A DNA stretch of 63,103 nucleotides, filler included, from Octopus bimaculoides (Eukaryota): NCBI RefSeq assembly GCF_001194135.2. It is 6 parts of 6 records of this genome, joined end to end, with 100 filler letters (N's around TTAATTAATTAA, not from the genome) between each part and the next. Parts side by side here need not be neighbours in the genome. Positions count along the whole stretch, not along the records: positions 1 to 22,127 come from NC_068984.1; positions 22,228 to 39,066 come from NC_068986.1; 4 more parts are not named here. The stretch is one strand, 5' to 3'. Below the pieces are notes generated by a model, which was not told the origin of the DNA, did not search any database, and was given only the letters and a program-made list of their open reading frames with translations. The position numbers and the translations under genes are program-made. This document shows, in pieces, positions 13,894 through 27,219 of the stretch. Numbering within the stretch: position 1 is the first letter of the stretch; each line of letters opens with the position of its first letter.

Positions 13894-16800
13894 CTAGTTA
13901 AATGAATATCACATTGTCGTCAATGGATCCGAAGTTAATTAGTCGGATATTTGATCAACAACACTCTCTCTCATACACACATACAGAGATACATATATGT
14001 ATGTGTGTATATATAATAGATATGGACTGGTAGGTTGAGTTTGATAGTTATGCGTTGTAAATACCTGCATGATATTCATTGCTCATAAATTTTGATAATA
14101 TTCTAATTCTGTTTTTGAGCATAAGTTGTTCAAACAGTGATGCAGTCCACTTAAAGGGGAATAGAAACCTCAGAACATTTAATCGGTACACAGGAATACT
14201 TGAATGTGCAGCTATCTATAAGGACCGGTGTTGGGGTTTATGTAAATTAGTGACAGATTGGATCAGAGCCGTGATGAATGAACTCAAAGTGGGGGACATT
14301 CAGAGAGATTACGAGGTTTACCGCAAGAATCTTGAATGCACTCACAGACGTTTAGTCTTTAACTGAATGGTAACTATTTTAAAAACCGTAAATAATACAC
14401 AGAAACATACAGGGTGTAAGATACACAACAGACATATGCACTTGTGATACTTATGAGAAATAGAGATAGATGTATAGAAAATAATAAAAAAGTACATCAA
14501 TAAATATATAAATAGATACATAAATGAATATATAAACATATCTGTCACATACCTGTGATAAATGTAAGACAGAGACAGATAAAAATGAATAAATAAAACT
14601 ATATAAAGGACTTGGATACATACAAAGCGAACCCATACAAACACACACGCATGCACACATGAAACTTCATGGGTAGCCATAACAATGTCAAAAACACAGG
14701 TAACACGGTCGGTAGGAGCGGCGGTGCCAACGATAGCAATAACAACAACTACGATGATTGAAACATCGTTGGCAAACATCCATACACAGAGGAATACGGG
14801 AACCGTACCATATTTTGTGGGGGTCTTAGAACTGCAGCAGCACAATTTGGTGAGGGGATGTGGCTGAGGGAAGGGCCACACTTCCGCAAAAATCTATGAC
14901 ACAAACACAAGTATACACACACATACACGCACGCACGCACACACATACGTACACACGCACACATACACACACACACACACACATACACACACACACACAC
15001 ACACAAACAAACAAACAAGGGCACAAACGCATGCACATGTAAGGATACACATCTTAGAAGAACAGAATGGAGTAAGTGGAGCAAGAACACACGCGAAAAC
15101 GAAAGGTGCCAGTGAATAGTTCACAGATGTGTGACGAAAGATTTCCGGACAATGGATATGACATATAATAATAAAATAAGAACATATATATGGTGCGTGT
15201 GTTAATTTAGCAAAAATTAAAAATAATTACCATCCCGAAATACAATATATTAAAATACTTTTATATAGTATATCAATTGCAATATTTGTGTTCGAGGTAT
15301 TTCAAGTTGCAATTTATAAATGCTTTTCATACAATACATCTATCATTCATTTCCTTTTATGGATATAGAGTTTCATGGATACAGAGTTTCATGGATATAG
15401 AGCACTGCTAAAAATAATTATGATAAATACATAATAAAGTGTTTTGCGAACGAAACTGTATGTGTGAGGAGAGAGGCAAAATGACCCAATTTTGAGAGCC
15501 TCAGTGGAGGTTGCATTGGAGGGACCAGTAGATAGTATGGAAACCAGATTTTGGTGTATTATCGTGAGAAACTCCTTGTTTTATGTGGCGTGTAGATTTC
15601 ATGTCGTGAGGAAGACTAGTTTTGTGATCCATTTTTGTGGCGTTGATAAAGCTAAACCATCAGTATGGATTAGGTTTATTATGTGTATCAGCCTTGATTG
15701 TTATTGAGGCGGGCTGTCATTTATATGTTTAAGGTGTTAGTTAGGAAAATGCTTAATTGATGTATGAAATGGTTTTGTCTTTTGGCTGCTGAAAGACACA
15801 ATTGGTATGATTCCATGAAAGATTCTCTATCAGCATTTCTAACTTTCCGATATCAAGAAATGAACAGTATTTTACAATATTTACATACTTGCCTGTTTAG
15901 GCTAGTATGGCGAAATATATTCTTCAAAAATATCGTCCCCGGTATTGTTTAAATAATGGATATTAGCCATTGAACTATACTGTTTTTCACCACACAATTA
16001 CGAGTAATTCCAGTAATTTATTAATCAACATTGCATGACAAGTTGTGATAGTGACACAGAGTGGGAGCAAACGTTTTAAGCATTCATTGTGAATTATTAT
16101 CCTATATCTACATAACAACCTTGCAGAATTTATTAATGTATAAAATGCCATCATTGATGCAGTAAATCAATGTAAGAGTATATCTCAGATCCAAACCGGA
16201 CATTTTGAGAGGTACCGAATGCATACTCATCCACGATATTTTGAAACGTACTCTATACAGCAATTGTTGTATGATTTCTCTCAGATGCAATGTGACATAT
16301 TTCATACATAGGTTTAGAAACACGCGTAGTTTCACACAGTAGTTTCGTTCCTTGCTCTCATATGTTTTCTCAAGAGATAGCTCTAACGATGGGAAATTTT
16401 ATATCGTCTATGTCATTAGTATCTGCCGATAATATTTACTGATCTAATTAAAAGCTTTAAACATGAGTCATTTGGTAATGTTGTCTCGGAATGTTAGGAG
16501 GATCTTTATCAGGGTGTCACGAGAAGTCTTTTTTTTTTTAAATTATCATGTTTAGAAAAGTTAAAAACCACATAATAATACTGATGTAACATTTATAAAT
16601 GGAACTTTCTTAATCGTTTATCAGTTGAAACATTGCCGTTAGACAGCTGAAATCTCCATGCGTCATGTTACAAGTTATCCAATTATTAACATCTTACATG
16701 TTATTAAATGTCTGGTTGAAGTATAAATAATTAAGACTGAAATATCCGAGAGTAATGCTAACCGGTCAAAATCATACTTGTGCTGGGCATTTAAATATAT

Positions 16801-18839
16801 GCTTTTTTTACTTCTTTGATTTGTGCTGAGAATATATTGCCGCACAAAATGAGTACGTACTTGACATTTTGTAAGTTGATAATTTTCGGGCGATTTTTGG
16901 CAATATATAAGTAACTATAGGTTTTTAACGTCACAATATTATTCTAAATTCACCAAAACAAAACACGTTCCTTCCGCACATCTACTTCACGTGCGCTCAC
17001 ACAATTCAACAAAGAGACAAATTTAGAAATAAGTAAAGAAATAATATTATGTTACTTTTATCAATTGTTTACTCGCGTAACGTCCAACGTAATTATGCAG
17101 TATTAGCAAAGTTTTTAATAGTCCCCACAGCATATTCAACTAAACTGACACATCACATCATCTGCCACTTGAGCCTTATCGCTGTTAATTAATTCCTGGA
17201 AGCTTGCGTTTTGCCACAAAGATGTTCAATTTGTAATATATATGTAAATGGCATACCTGATATTTCAAAGCAGATCTACTGACGCCATTAACATTCTGCC
17301 AATCAGTTTCAGCAAAGCGGTTGTTTAAGTTTCTATAACAAAATTATAAATTAGAAATAAAATTTGAACGCGTCTTGCAGGCATGAATACTGCAACAATG
17401 TTTATGTGACGCTTTTGTGGATATTTTACTACGATTTATACTCATTAAGAGATATATGCCAAAAATTAGAAACAGCTACAACTGCCTTTTATCCATATTT
17501 GCTTTAATTACAACGCAATAAATAGCAGATGTGTTATAATATTAACTGCACTAAACTGGAAACGTTATTTAATGCATTCTATTTAAAACATCCATAACAG
17601 TGTACAATAGTCGATTCAAATGTTTCGAATTGATTATTATAATTAAGCAGCCTGAATCTATCAAAGTCTAAACTGAGACTGGAGCAATTTGAAAACAGAT
17701 TAACTGAACTGCATACATTAAATAAACACTGATTGGGAATATAAATGGTAGAAAAAATTTTAAAGTGGAGATATGTGTGGTAAACGCATATTATATGCAA
17801 CTGATGATATCTATCCGCAGTTTAGCTACACACACTATAGAATGCGTCTTGAATATACAGTTCCTTTTGCACAGTATTATTCATAAGCGAACCGTTCTTC
17901 AGTTTAGGTGTAAATCGCTTCAAAACATCCCATCGGTGACAAATAAACGAATTTTGATTTACGTACCCACAAATTTCCGAAAAAACACTACTATTCGTTT
18001 CTTGTTGTATGGCACTTAATAAAAGCGAAAAATTTATGGCTTCATAAGTTATTTCTATGCAGTTACGTAATGAAGTCGACTAGATACTACGCGCTATACG
18101 CAACCGGTCTTCGGTAGTTATAACCTGAACAGAAAATGACTGGAATAGTTCTCTATAATTATATAACTTTTAATTACCAATCTGCTTTATGCGACACCAT
18201 ATAACATTGTATGACTGTTTTTGATTTGTCATTTCTAACTCATACATTATCAAATCACTTGCCGGCATTTGGAAATATTTCAAACTGAAATGGTTGTTTG
18301 TGAGTTATTGTGTTAGCTATTGCTGTTCTTCCTTGGATAGAGCAATATCTTTGGCGTGGTTGTCGTGGTTGTCGTGGTTGCACTTCATCTTCTTGTTGAT
18401 CGTATCTTTCAATCCTTACAAGCCTCCTGATAGGTTGTTAGAAATATTGTATATTTCAAACTTTACAATCTCCTGATATGTTGTTAGAAATATGTGGATA
18501 ATATTCCAATATGTCAAACAGTATATTTGCAATTATATGTACTTTCTCTTTGGCTGAGAAATTAGTTATAACTAAAAGTACATTTCCACGGGAATTAATT
18601 TTTTGTTTATAAAACAATTATAAAACAATTTACATTGAGAATTGATCTCAGCCGTAAAATTATCCAGATTAGTATTAACACTTATAAGGACAGTTGGTTT
18701 TGTGCTGACATAGCCTATCATATTGCTCTAGATATATGATGAGCTGTATTTAAACAATACCACCTCCAACAATAATTCAGGTAGTTCGTGATGTTAAAGT
18801 ATGATTTGGAGGGAGAAATTAATATTTATCCCGCTAAAA

Positions 18840-19210
18840 ATCTTGCTTCGTAACCACATTATTGCGGGTCCAGTCCCACCGAGAGCCACTTTGAGCGACT
18901 GTCTACTAATGTAACCTCGGGCCAACTAAAGCCTTGTGAATGAATTTGGTAGATGGAAACTGAAAGATGCCCGCCATCATGTGACCGTGTCTTTGTGTAT
19001 GTGCTTGTATCCGACCATCGCTTGACAACCGGTGTTGGTATTTGTACGTCTCTGTTACATAGTGGTTCGTCGAAAGAGAACGATTGAATAATTATAGGCG
19101 TACTATGAATAAGTCGTGGGGACGATTTCTTCGACTAAGAGAAACCTTTTACGATGGTACTCCAAAATGGTTGCAGTCAAATGACTGAAACAAGTAAAAG
19201 CATGAAATAA
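18840..19210 (+). mobile_element. SINE family B, near full length, diverged
   Basis: Blocks cagtcccac, aaagccttgtgaatgaatttggtagatggaaactgaaag, catcgcttgacaaccgg and gcagtcaaatgactgaaacaagtaaaag recur in other copies in this window. Confidence 0.85.
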
Positions 19211-19759
19211 TTATATAATATATGTATATATATATATATACGCACACACATATATATATATATGTATAAATATATATNNNNNNNNNNNNNNNNNNNNNNN
19301 NNNNNNNNNNNNNNNNNNNNNNNNNNNNNNNNNNNNNNNNNNNNNNNNNNNNNNNNNNNNNNNNNNNNNNNNNNNNNNNNNNNNNNNNNNNNNNNNNNNN
19401 NNNNNNNNNNNNNNNNNNNNNNNNNNNNNNNNNNNNNNNNNNNNNNNNNNNNNNNNNNNNNNNNNNNNNNNNNNNNNNNNNNNNNNNNNNNNNNNNNNNN
19501 NNNNNNNNNNNNNNNNNNNNNNNNNNNNNNNNNNNNNNNNNNNNNNNNNNNNNNNNNNNNNNNNNNNNNNNNNNNNNNNNNNNNNNNNNNNNNNNNNNNN
19601 NNNNNNNNNNNNNNNNNNNNNNNNNNNNNNNNNNNNNNNNNNNNNNNNNNNNNNNNNNNNNNNNNNNNNNNNNNNNNNNNNNNNNNNNNNNNNNNNNNNN
19701 NNNNNNNNNNNNNNNNNNNNNNNNNNNNNNNNNNNNNNNNNNNNNNNNNNNNNNNNNNN

Positions 19760-19798
<39 letters not shown>

Positions 19799-19959
19799 AG
19801 AGAAGGTATGAATAAGGGTCATTAGACATTTTTCCTGTAGTGAAGTAAATTTGGCTTACGACTGTTACCAGTAGACATATGTTTGTTGCTGCTCAGATTC
19901 TCAATTGATCTATTGAGATAAGTTGAACGACCTACACATTTAATACTACTTTCGTCAGA

Positions 19960-20085
19960 CCCATTTATTATTGGGATTGTTGAGTTTCCATCTAGCAAAT
20001 CAACTCACAAGGCAAATCAACTCGGTCGGCTCGTGGCTGTAGCATGTCGAACTCTGTGGGTTTGGACGCAGTATGATTTGGTTGG
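19960..20085 (-). mobile_element. SINE family B fragment, old
   Basis: Reverse complement contains gccttgtgagttgatttgctagatggaaact. Confidence 0.55.
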
Positions 20086-22079
20086 AATGCAATCATATAA
20101 ATGTAATATATGAATGAATGTGTATGTGTGTATATTACTTAAAAGCTCTGAAACGTTGCGTGCTAGAGGAAAACGGTTTTGATTTTCGAAAACTGTGTCC
20201 GAAGGAGAAAGATTTTGGTTACAACTTAATCACCTGATTACCTGGGTTTTTGGGATTTGGTATGTGTGTATATGTACGTATGTGTGTGTGTGTGTGTGTG
20301 TGTGTGCGTATGTGTGTGTGCCCGCGCGCGGGTGGTGTCTTATTATTATGTACTTCTCTCGGGTTTTTTATGTTGCTGTCACAAAGTTTGTAATTCTAAA
20401 ATTGTGAAAATGTTTAACTTTGGTACATTTTTCATGCTGAATACGAATTTGGTATTTATTACTTCCAGCAAAAATTCTAAACAATTATAGGATTTTCATG
20501 GAATAAAAGAAAAGCAAAACATTACGACAGGGGGAGTTGTAAAAAGTTCTTAAGTTTTAATTAGTATTAATGAATCAAGCCACGTGAAATTGACGAAGAG
20601 TCATGTAAATAATTTCAGGAGAAAATCCTAAACGAAACTGTTTGCAAAAAATTGTACAAATGTGTCCTGATCAAGAGTCCTGTATGTCTGGGAAGACATG
20701 ATATCATGGTATGATTTGAGATAAAAGATAAATATTAAATAAAGACATAAAGACATTCTATTGCAAAAATTACTAATAAACAACAAGCTACACAATATAT
20801 ANNNNNNNNNNNNNNNNNNNNNNNNNNNNNNNNNNNNNNNNNNNNNNNNNNNNNNNNNNNNNNNNNNNNNNNNNNNNNNNNNNNNNNNNNNNNNNNNNNN
20901 NNNNNNNNNNNNNNNNNNNNNNNNNNNNNNNNNNNNNNNNNNNNNNNNNNNNNNNNNNNNNNNNNNNNTATATATATACGTACACACAAACACTGACACA
21001 TACATACACACGCACACGCGTTTGTGTGTTTGCATGCGTGTGCCTATGTGCGTGTGTCTGTGTGTCTCCATTTCTTTGTATTTACGTACACAGGAATATA
21101 GGTTCTAGCGTCTGTCCGCATGTGTCTAACGAGTGCATCAATTTATTTGAAGATTACAGTTCAATCTTACGAGATACTAAATGTTCTGTTTCTTTTCTGT
21201 ATTGGATAGACATTCTTACAGATTTCGAGTATTGTAAATCTGTGGGGGAACACGCAAAACAACATAGGCACACTCAAGCAGATAATTACGCATGAAGAAG
21301 TTACTGACGCGGGTCTATTTGAAAGTCATTTGGAATATACCTCATCTACAAGCGATAGGAAGAAGCGTCAAAAACGAGTTTGCCAACAATTGAACAGTTT
21401 TAATTACCACTACTGAACAAGACACCGCTTTAGGACACAAAATTCTGATAGGATCTTAAAGGTTATAGATCATAAAATTTACAATGATACAAACTCTATT
21501 AAATGCCTCTATCGGACATAATTATTTCTTATCTTCTCCAATATATTCCTGACCTGTTGGTGAGCTCCATTTATGATGTGTAAGATATATGTTGCCTTTA
21601 ATTATCCTTGCTGTAATTGCTATTGTTGATAGATATAATGAAAGAACTATGATGCTTTGCGATTACATATGTACTATGTACATGCGTATGTGTATATGTA
21701 AATACACACAGACTCACACTCGCAAACATGTATGTACGCTATATGTACACCACATATACATATACATATACAGAGACAAACTCGTAATTACTGATGCGTA
21801 TGCGCATGTTGGCAGGAATTATTTTCCTTATTCGTGTGTATATTTGGCTTTCCTTACGGACACATGATTTAGCTGCTGGCATTAATTTGCAAGTTGATTT
21901 ATAGAATCATTCCTGGCAAAATTAGACGTCCCAAAACTTTATGAAATTTGCAAACACGCCTCCAAATACACACACGAAACATAAACACGCATACACACAC
22001 ACACTCACGCACGCACGCACGCCACACACACATATGTATATGCAAAGAGAGGGAGAAAGTGAGTGAGATAGTGAGCGAA

Positions 22080-22127
<48 letters not shown>

Positions 22128-22171
22128 NNNNNNNNNNNNNNNNNNNNNNNNNNNNNNNNNNNNNNNNNNNN

Positions 22172-22183
22172 TTAATTAATTAA
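22172..22183. other. Artificial scaffold-join linker TTAATTAATTAA between two runs of 44 N
   Basis: Same 100-bp pad occurs five times; palindromic with stops in all six frames. Confidence 0.95.
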
Positions 22184-22324
22184 NNNNNNNNNNNNNNNNN
22201 NNNNNNNNNNNNNNNNNNNNNNNNNNNGTGTGTGTGTGTGTGTGTGTGTGTGCCTATACGTATATATGTATATCTGTGTGTGTGTTTTATATGTATTGAT
22301 ATACATATAAACTGAAGACGGTAG

Positions 22325-22445
22325 GTGGCAGTAGTGTTAGCACGGTGGGCAAATGCATAACGACAATTCGTCCGTTTTCGAGTTCAAATACTCTCCTGGT
22401 TAACTATGCCTTTCATCCTTTCTGGGTCATTTTCCTCTAGATACG
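22325..22445 (+). mobile_element. SINE family A, degenerate 5' part
   Basis: gtggcagtagtgttagcacggtgggcaaatgc...gagttcaaat...gcctttcatcctttc matches the copies at 29055 and 51606. Confidence 0.65.
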
Positions 22446-22592
22446 TTATCAGTTTCTTTCTGACGATTTCTTCATTGACTTTAATGATATGTAAAGTCAG
22501 GAAGAATGAGTTGTATATTTCAGGCTCTATTCCTCACCCACCATTTTGGACAAGACATATCATAAATTCTCTTAGCTTTATAGGATATGTGA

Positions 22593-22709
22593 CACTTGCA
22601 GTGGGACTCCGGAGTGGTTTCGCCAAAGCCTGTTTATATACCTTCAGTTAATTTCCTGCGAAGCCATCGGGTAGTCTTATCATGTTTAAGGTCGTTCCAT
22701 CAATAGTCT
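22593..22709. repeat. 117-bp local dispersed repeat, copy 1
   Basis: Aligns without gaps to 24083-24199 with 9 mismatches (about 92% identity). Confidence 0.95.
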
Positions 22710-22774
22710 TTGTTACAACTACCACTTTGGTGTCGTTGAAATATACACACATATGCAAATATAAATATTTAAAT

Positions 22775-22900
22775 AAAAAATGCGTCTACCATATCCACCC
22801 ACAAGGTTTTGGTCGGCCAGAGGCCATAGTAGAAGACACTTGCCGAAGGTGCCACCCGGAGCCATGTGGTTCGTAAGTAAGCTACTTACCACTCCTACGC
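22775..22900 (-). mobile_element. SINE family B, 5' part
   Basis: cgtctaccatatccacccacaaggttttggtcggccagaggccatagtagaagacacttgcc...ccatgtggtt. Confidence 0.85.
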
Positions 22901-23005
22901 CTAATGTACAACATTAGTGCCTATGTAATTGGTCGTACATATTTACGTATATATGTAAATACCTACCTACATAAATACAGAAATGCATACTTCTAAGTAA
23001 ACGTG

Positions 23006-23076
<71 letters not shown>

Positions 23077-24013
23077 CGTTGACCACTAACATGGGCATTC
23101 AATGTGCTAGAAATAGATCACATCTTGTGTCTAAAAAGACCTAAATTGTTCTCAACATGAAATATAGCGTGATACCAAAACGTAAGCGGGCAAGACATTT
23201 AAAATCACCGAAAAAAAATCATTATTAAACNNNNNNNNNNNNNNNNNNNNNNNNNNNNNNNNNNNNNNNNNNNNNNNNNNNNNNNNNNNNNNNNNNNNNN
23301 NNNNNNNNNNNNNNNNNNNNNNNNNNNNNNNNNNNNNNNNNNNNNNNNNNNNNNNNNNNNNNNNNNNNNNNNNNNNNNNNNNNNNNNNNNNNNNNNNNNN
23401 NNNNNNNNNNNNNNNNNNNNNNNNNNNNNNNNNNNNNNNNNNNNNNNNNNNNNNNNNNNNNNNNNNNNNNNNNNNNNNNNNNNNNNNNNNNNNNNNNNNN
23501 NNNNNNNNNNNNNNNNNNNNNNNNNNNNNNNNNNNNNNNNNNNNNNNNNNNNNNNNNNNNNNNNNNNNNNNNNNNNNNNNNNNNNNNNNNNNNNNNNNNN
23601 NNNNNNNNNNNNNNNNNNNNNNNNNNNNNNNNNNNNNNNNNNNNNNNNNNNNNNNNNNNNNNNNNNNNNNNNNNNNNNNNNNNNNNNNNNNNNNNNNNNN
23701 NNNNNNNNNNNNNNNNNNNNNNNNNNNNNNNNNNNNNNNNNNNNNNNNNNNNNNNNNNNNNNNNNNNNNNNNNNNNNNNNNNNNNNNNNNNNNNNNNNNN
23801 NNNNNNNNNNNNNNNNNNNNNNNNNNNNNNNNNNNNNNNNNNNNNNNNNNNNNNNNNNNNNNNNNNNNNNNNNNNNNNNNNNNNNNNNNNNNNNNNNNNN
23901 NNNNNNNNNNNNNNNNNNNNNNNNNNNNNNNNNNNNNNNNNNNNNNNNNNNNNNNNNNNNNNNNNNNNNNNNNNNNNNNNNNNNNNNNNNNNNNNNNNNN
24001 NNNNNNNNNNNNN

Positions 24014-24082
<69 letters not shown>

Positions 24083-24199
24083 CACTTGCAGTGGAACTGC
24101 GGAGTGGTTTCGCCAAAGCCTGTTTATATACCTTAAGTTAATTTCCTGCAAATCCATCGGGTACTCTTACCGTGTTTAACGTCGTTCCATCAATAGTCT
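24083..24199. repeat. 117-bp local dispersed repeat, copy 2
   Basis: Paralogous to 22593-22709. Confidence 0.95.
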
Positions 24200-24866
24200 A
24201 TATATATATGAGTTTGTGTATATTTATGCATGTATGTATATATGTACGTATGTTTGTATGTAAGTATAAATACGAGGACATGCATACACTTATGTATACA
24301 CAGGAACGTAACTAGATAATATAGATAAGTGGATAAATAGATGGTACTTAGACAGTGTGACATATATGCACCTAAAATCTATATTGAGCAGTGACTCCAC
24401 ATGATGCCTAATTTAATTGAGATACTATGAATATTTTATACACAGAATTACGGATATTCACACAGGAAATACATACAAAAGTTATCAAACATATTATGGT
24501 ATATTATGATTATTCTGTATAGCAAAAAAAAAAAACCATCATACCAATAACCGTACACGTGTTTATGTATGTATAATTAAAAAAAACAAAGCATGAATTC
24601 GCAGAGTAGGCTCTTTCCCCTGAGTGACGAGGACAAAACAACGGAAATAATCATTAGTGTAGGAATTTCTCTATTTCAAACAAGTGTATATATTGCAATT
24701 TCTAACACATCACTTGTTAGATTTAATATGTCTTGGTAACTATTAATAATGACACGTTCTTGATTCAAGCTATTGTAAACTATAGACAGAAAAGCTGGAC
24801 ATCATTTTGAAAGATATACCCGCGATTTATCTCAGCCTATTAGACATATATATAGACATATTAGAC

Positions 24867-24945
<79 letters not shown>

Positions 24946-26714
24946 NNNNNNNNNNNNNNNNNNNNNNNNNNNNNNNNNNNNNNNNNNNNNNNNNNNNNNN
25001 NNNNNNNNNNNNNNNNNNNNNNNNNNNNNNNNNNNNNNNNNNNNNNNNNNNNNNNNNNNNNNNNNNNNNNNNNNNNNNNNNNNNNNNNNNNNNNNNNNNN
25101 NNNNNNNNNNNNNNNNNNNNNNNNNNNNNNNNNNNNNNNNNNNNNNNNNNNNNNNNNNNNNNNNNNNNNNNNNNNNNNNNNNNNNNNNNNNNNNNNNNNN
25201 NNNNNNNNNNNNNNNNNNNNNNNNNNNNNNNNNNNNNNNNNNNNNNNNNNNNNNNNNNNNNNNNNNNNNNNNNNNNNNNNNNNNNNNNNNNNNNNNNNNN
25301 NNNNNNNNNNNNNNNNNNNNNNNNNNNNNNNNNNNNNNNNNNNNNNNNNNNNNNNNNNNNNNNNNNNNNNNNNNNNNNNNNNNNNNNNNNNNNNNNNNNN
25401 NNNNNNNNNNNNNNNNNNNNNNNNNNNNNNNNNNNNNNNNNNNNNNNNNNNNNNNNNNNNNNNNNNNNNNNNNNNNNNNNNNNNNNNNNNNNNNNNNNNN
25501 NNNNNNNNNNNNNNNNNNNNNNNNNNNNNNNNNNNNNNNNNNNNNNNNNNNNNNNNNNNNNNNNNNNNNNNNNNNNNNNNNNNNNNNNNNNNNNNNNNNN
25601 NNNNNNNNNNNNNNNNNNNNNNNNNNNNNNNNNNNNNNNNNNNNNNNNNNNNNNNNNNNNNNNNNNNNNNNNNNNNNNNNNNNNNNNNNNNNNNNNNNNN
25701 NNNNNNNNNNNNNNNNNNNNNNNNNNNNNNNNNNNNNNNNNNNNNNNNNNNNNNNNNNNNNNNNNNNNNNNNNNNNNNNNNNNNNNNNNNNNNNNNNNNN
25801 NNNNNNNNNNNNNNNNNNNNNNNNNNNNNNNNNNNNNNNNNNNNAGATAGATAGATAGATAGATAGATACACACTGACATCAAGTACGTGACCAAGTATC
25901 ATGATACAACGGTGTGGTTTCGATAAAGCCTGTTGGAGGAAAGATGATAAGGGGACAATATAAAATGTATGCGTGCGAATATTCACATTTGCATGTTTAT
26001 GTACGCGTGTGTGTGATCGGAGTAAATGGTCNNNNNNNNNNCATATACACATATACATATATTTCTATATGTAAAGAAAACGGATTTCATACAACACTGG
26101 CCTCTTTTTATTTCTTATTATACATTTGCTTGCGTCCGTCGAAAACTGTATTTTGAATATAATTAATCTCCGACGAACAAAATTTCAATTCAAATTCCTT
26201 GTTTCTCATTAAAATGCATTTAAAAAGGATTCAAACGCATGAAATCTGCATAAAAACAATTCACCCGTAATAATCGCAAGAAAAGATATTCCGATATACA
26301 GACATACATATTTATATGCACAAAACGCATACAGAAAGTTGCGCGCACGCGAGTACATGCCTGCATATATCTATATAATGGTGTGTACATATGCATGCAT
26401 ATACACTCACAGTCACACTTCATACACATATATATATAACCATATATACATACATATATACACGCGTCTTGAAATTCTCCAGTACTATTTATACATACGT
26501 CCAAAATATATTAAATTTTTCGAAAACTTATCCAAATTTTCAATTTCAATTTAATCTCAATATACAATGTATAATTTGTTTATATCTTTGAACATTTGAA
26601 CAAACTGCAATTTCTATCTATCGTTTCACCTCTGTTTACTCGACTATATATTCATATACCTACACACACATACACACGCACATACATATATATGTATATA
26701 TGTATGTATATTTG

Positions 26715-26794
<80 letters not shown>

Positions 26795-27186
26795 TGTGTG
26801 TGTATGCATGTGCTTGAGTGTGTGTGTACATGTGTTGGTGTGTATATATATAAATTAATTACCAAATAAATGGCATATAGAATTCTTTTGCAAATTGTCT
26901 GCCAAAATTTTCTGAAGCGTGAAAATACCAATAACTAGTAAATTACATGCAGAATTCCCATTGGAATTTGGTATTGGCGGAGATCTTGTGTGATACGATG
27001 TGTCTAATATACGCCTTCTACTTTTTATTGGCTGTATCTCATATTTCCTTATTTTTTTTATCTCTTTAACATATTCTTTAATATTTTATAATTTTTTTCA
27101 TGTACGCAGCAGGTAAAATTCTTAATGTGGGAAATATATTTTGTTTTCTGTCACGTAATGTTACTCGATACAAACAGGACACTCAA

Positions 27187-27219
<33 letters not shown>

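Noticed and set aside
14640-14900. ORFs with a hydrophobic stretch (VSIIVVVVIAIVG)
   Set aside because: Explained by a decayed (AAC)n repeat read on the reverse strand.
15480-15720. Possible Penelope RT remnant (NKEFLTIIHQNL, minus strand)
   Set aside because: Similarity limited to a few residues; cannot be supported without a profile search.
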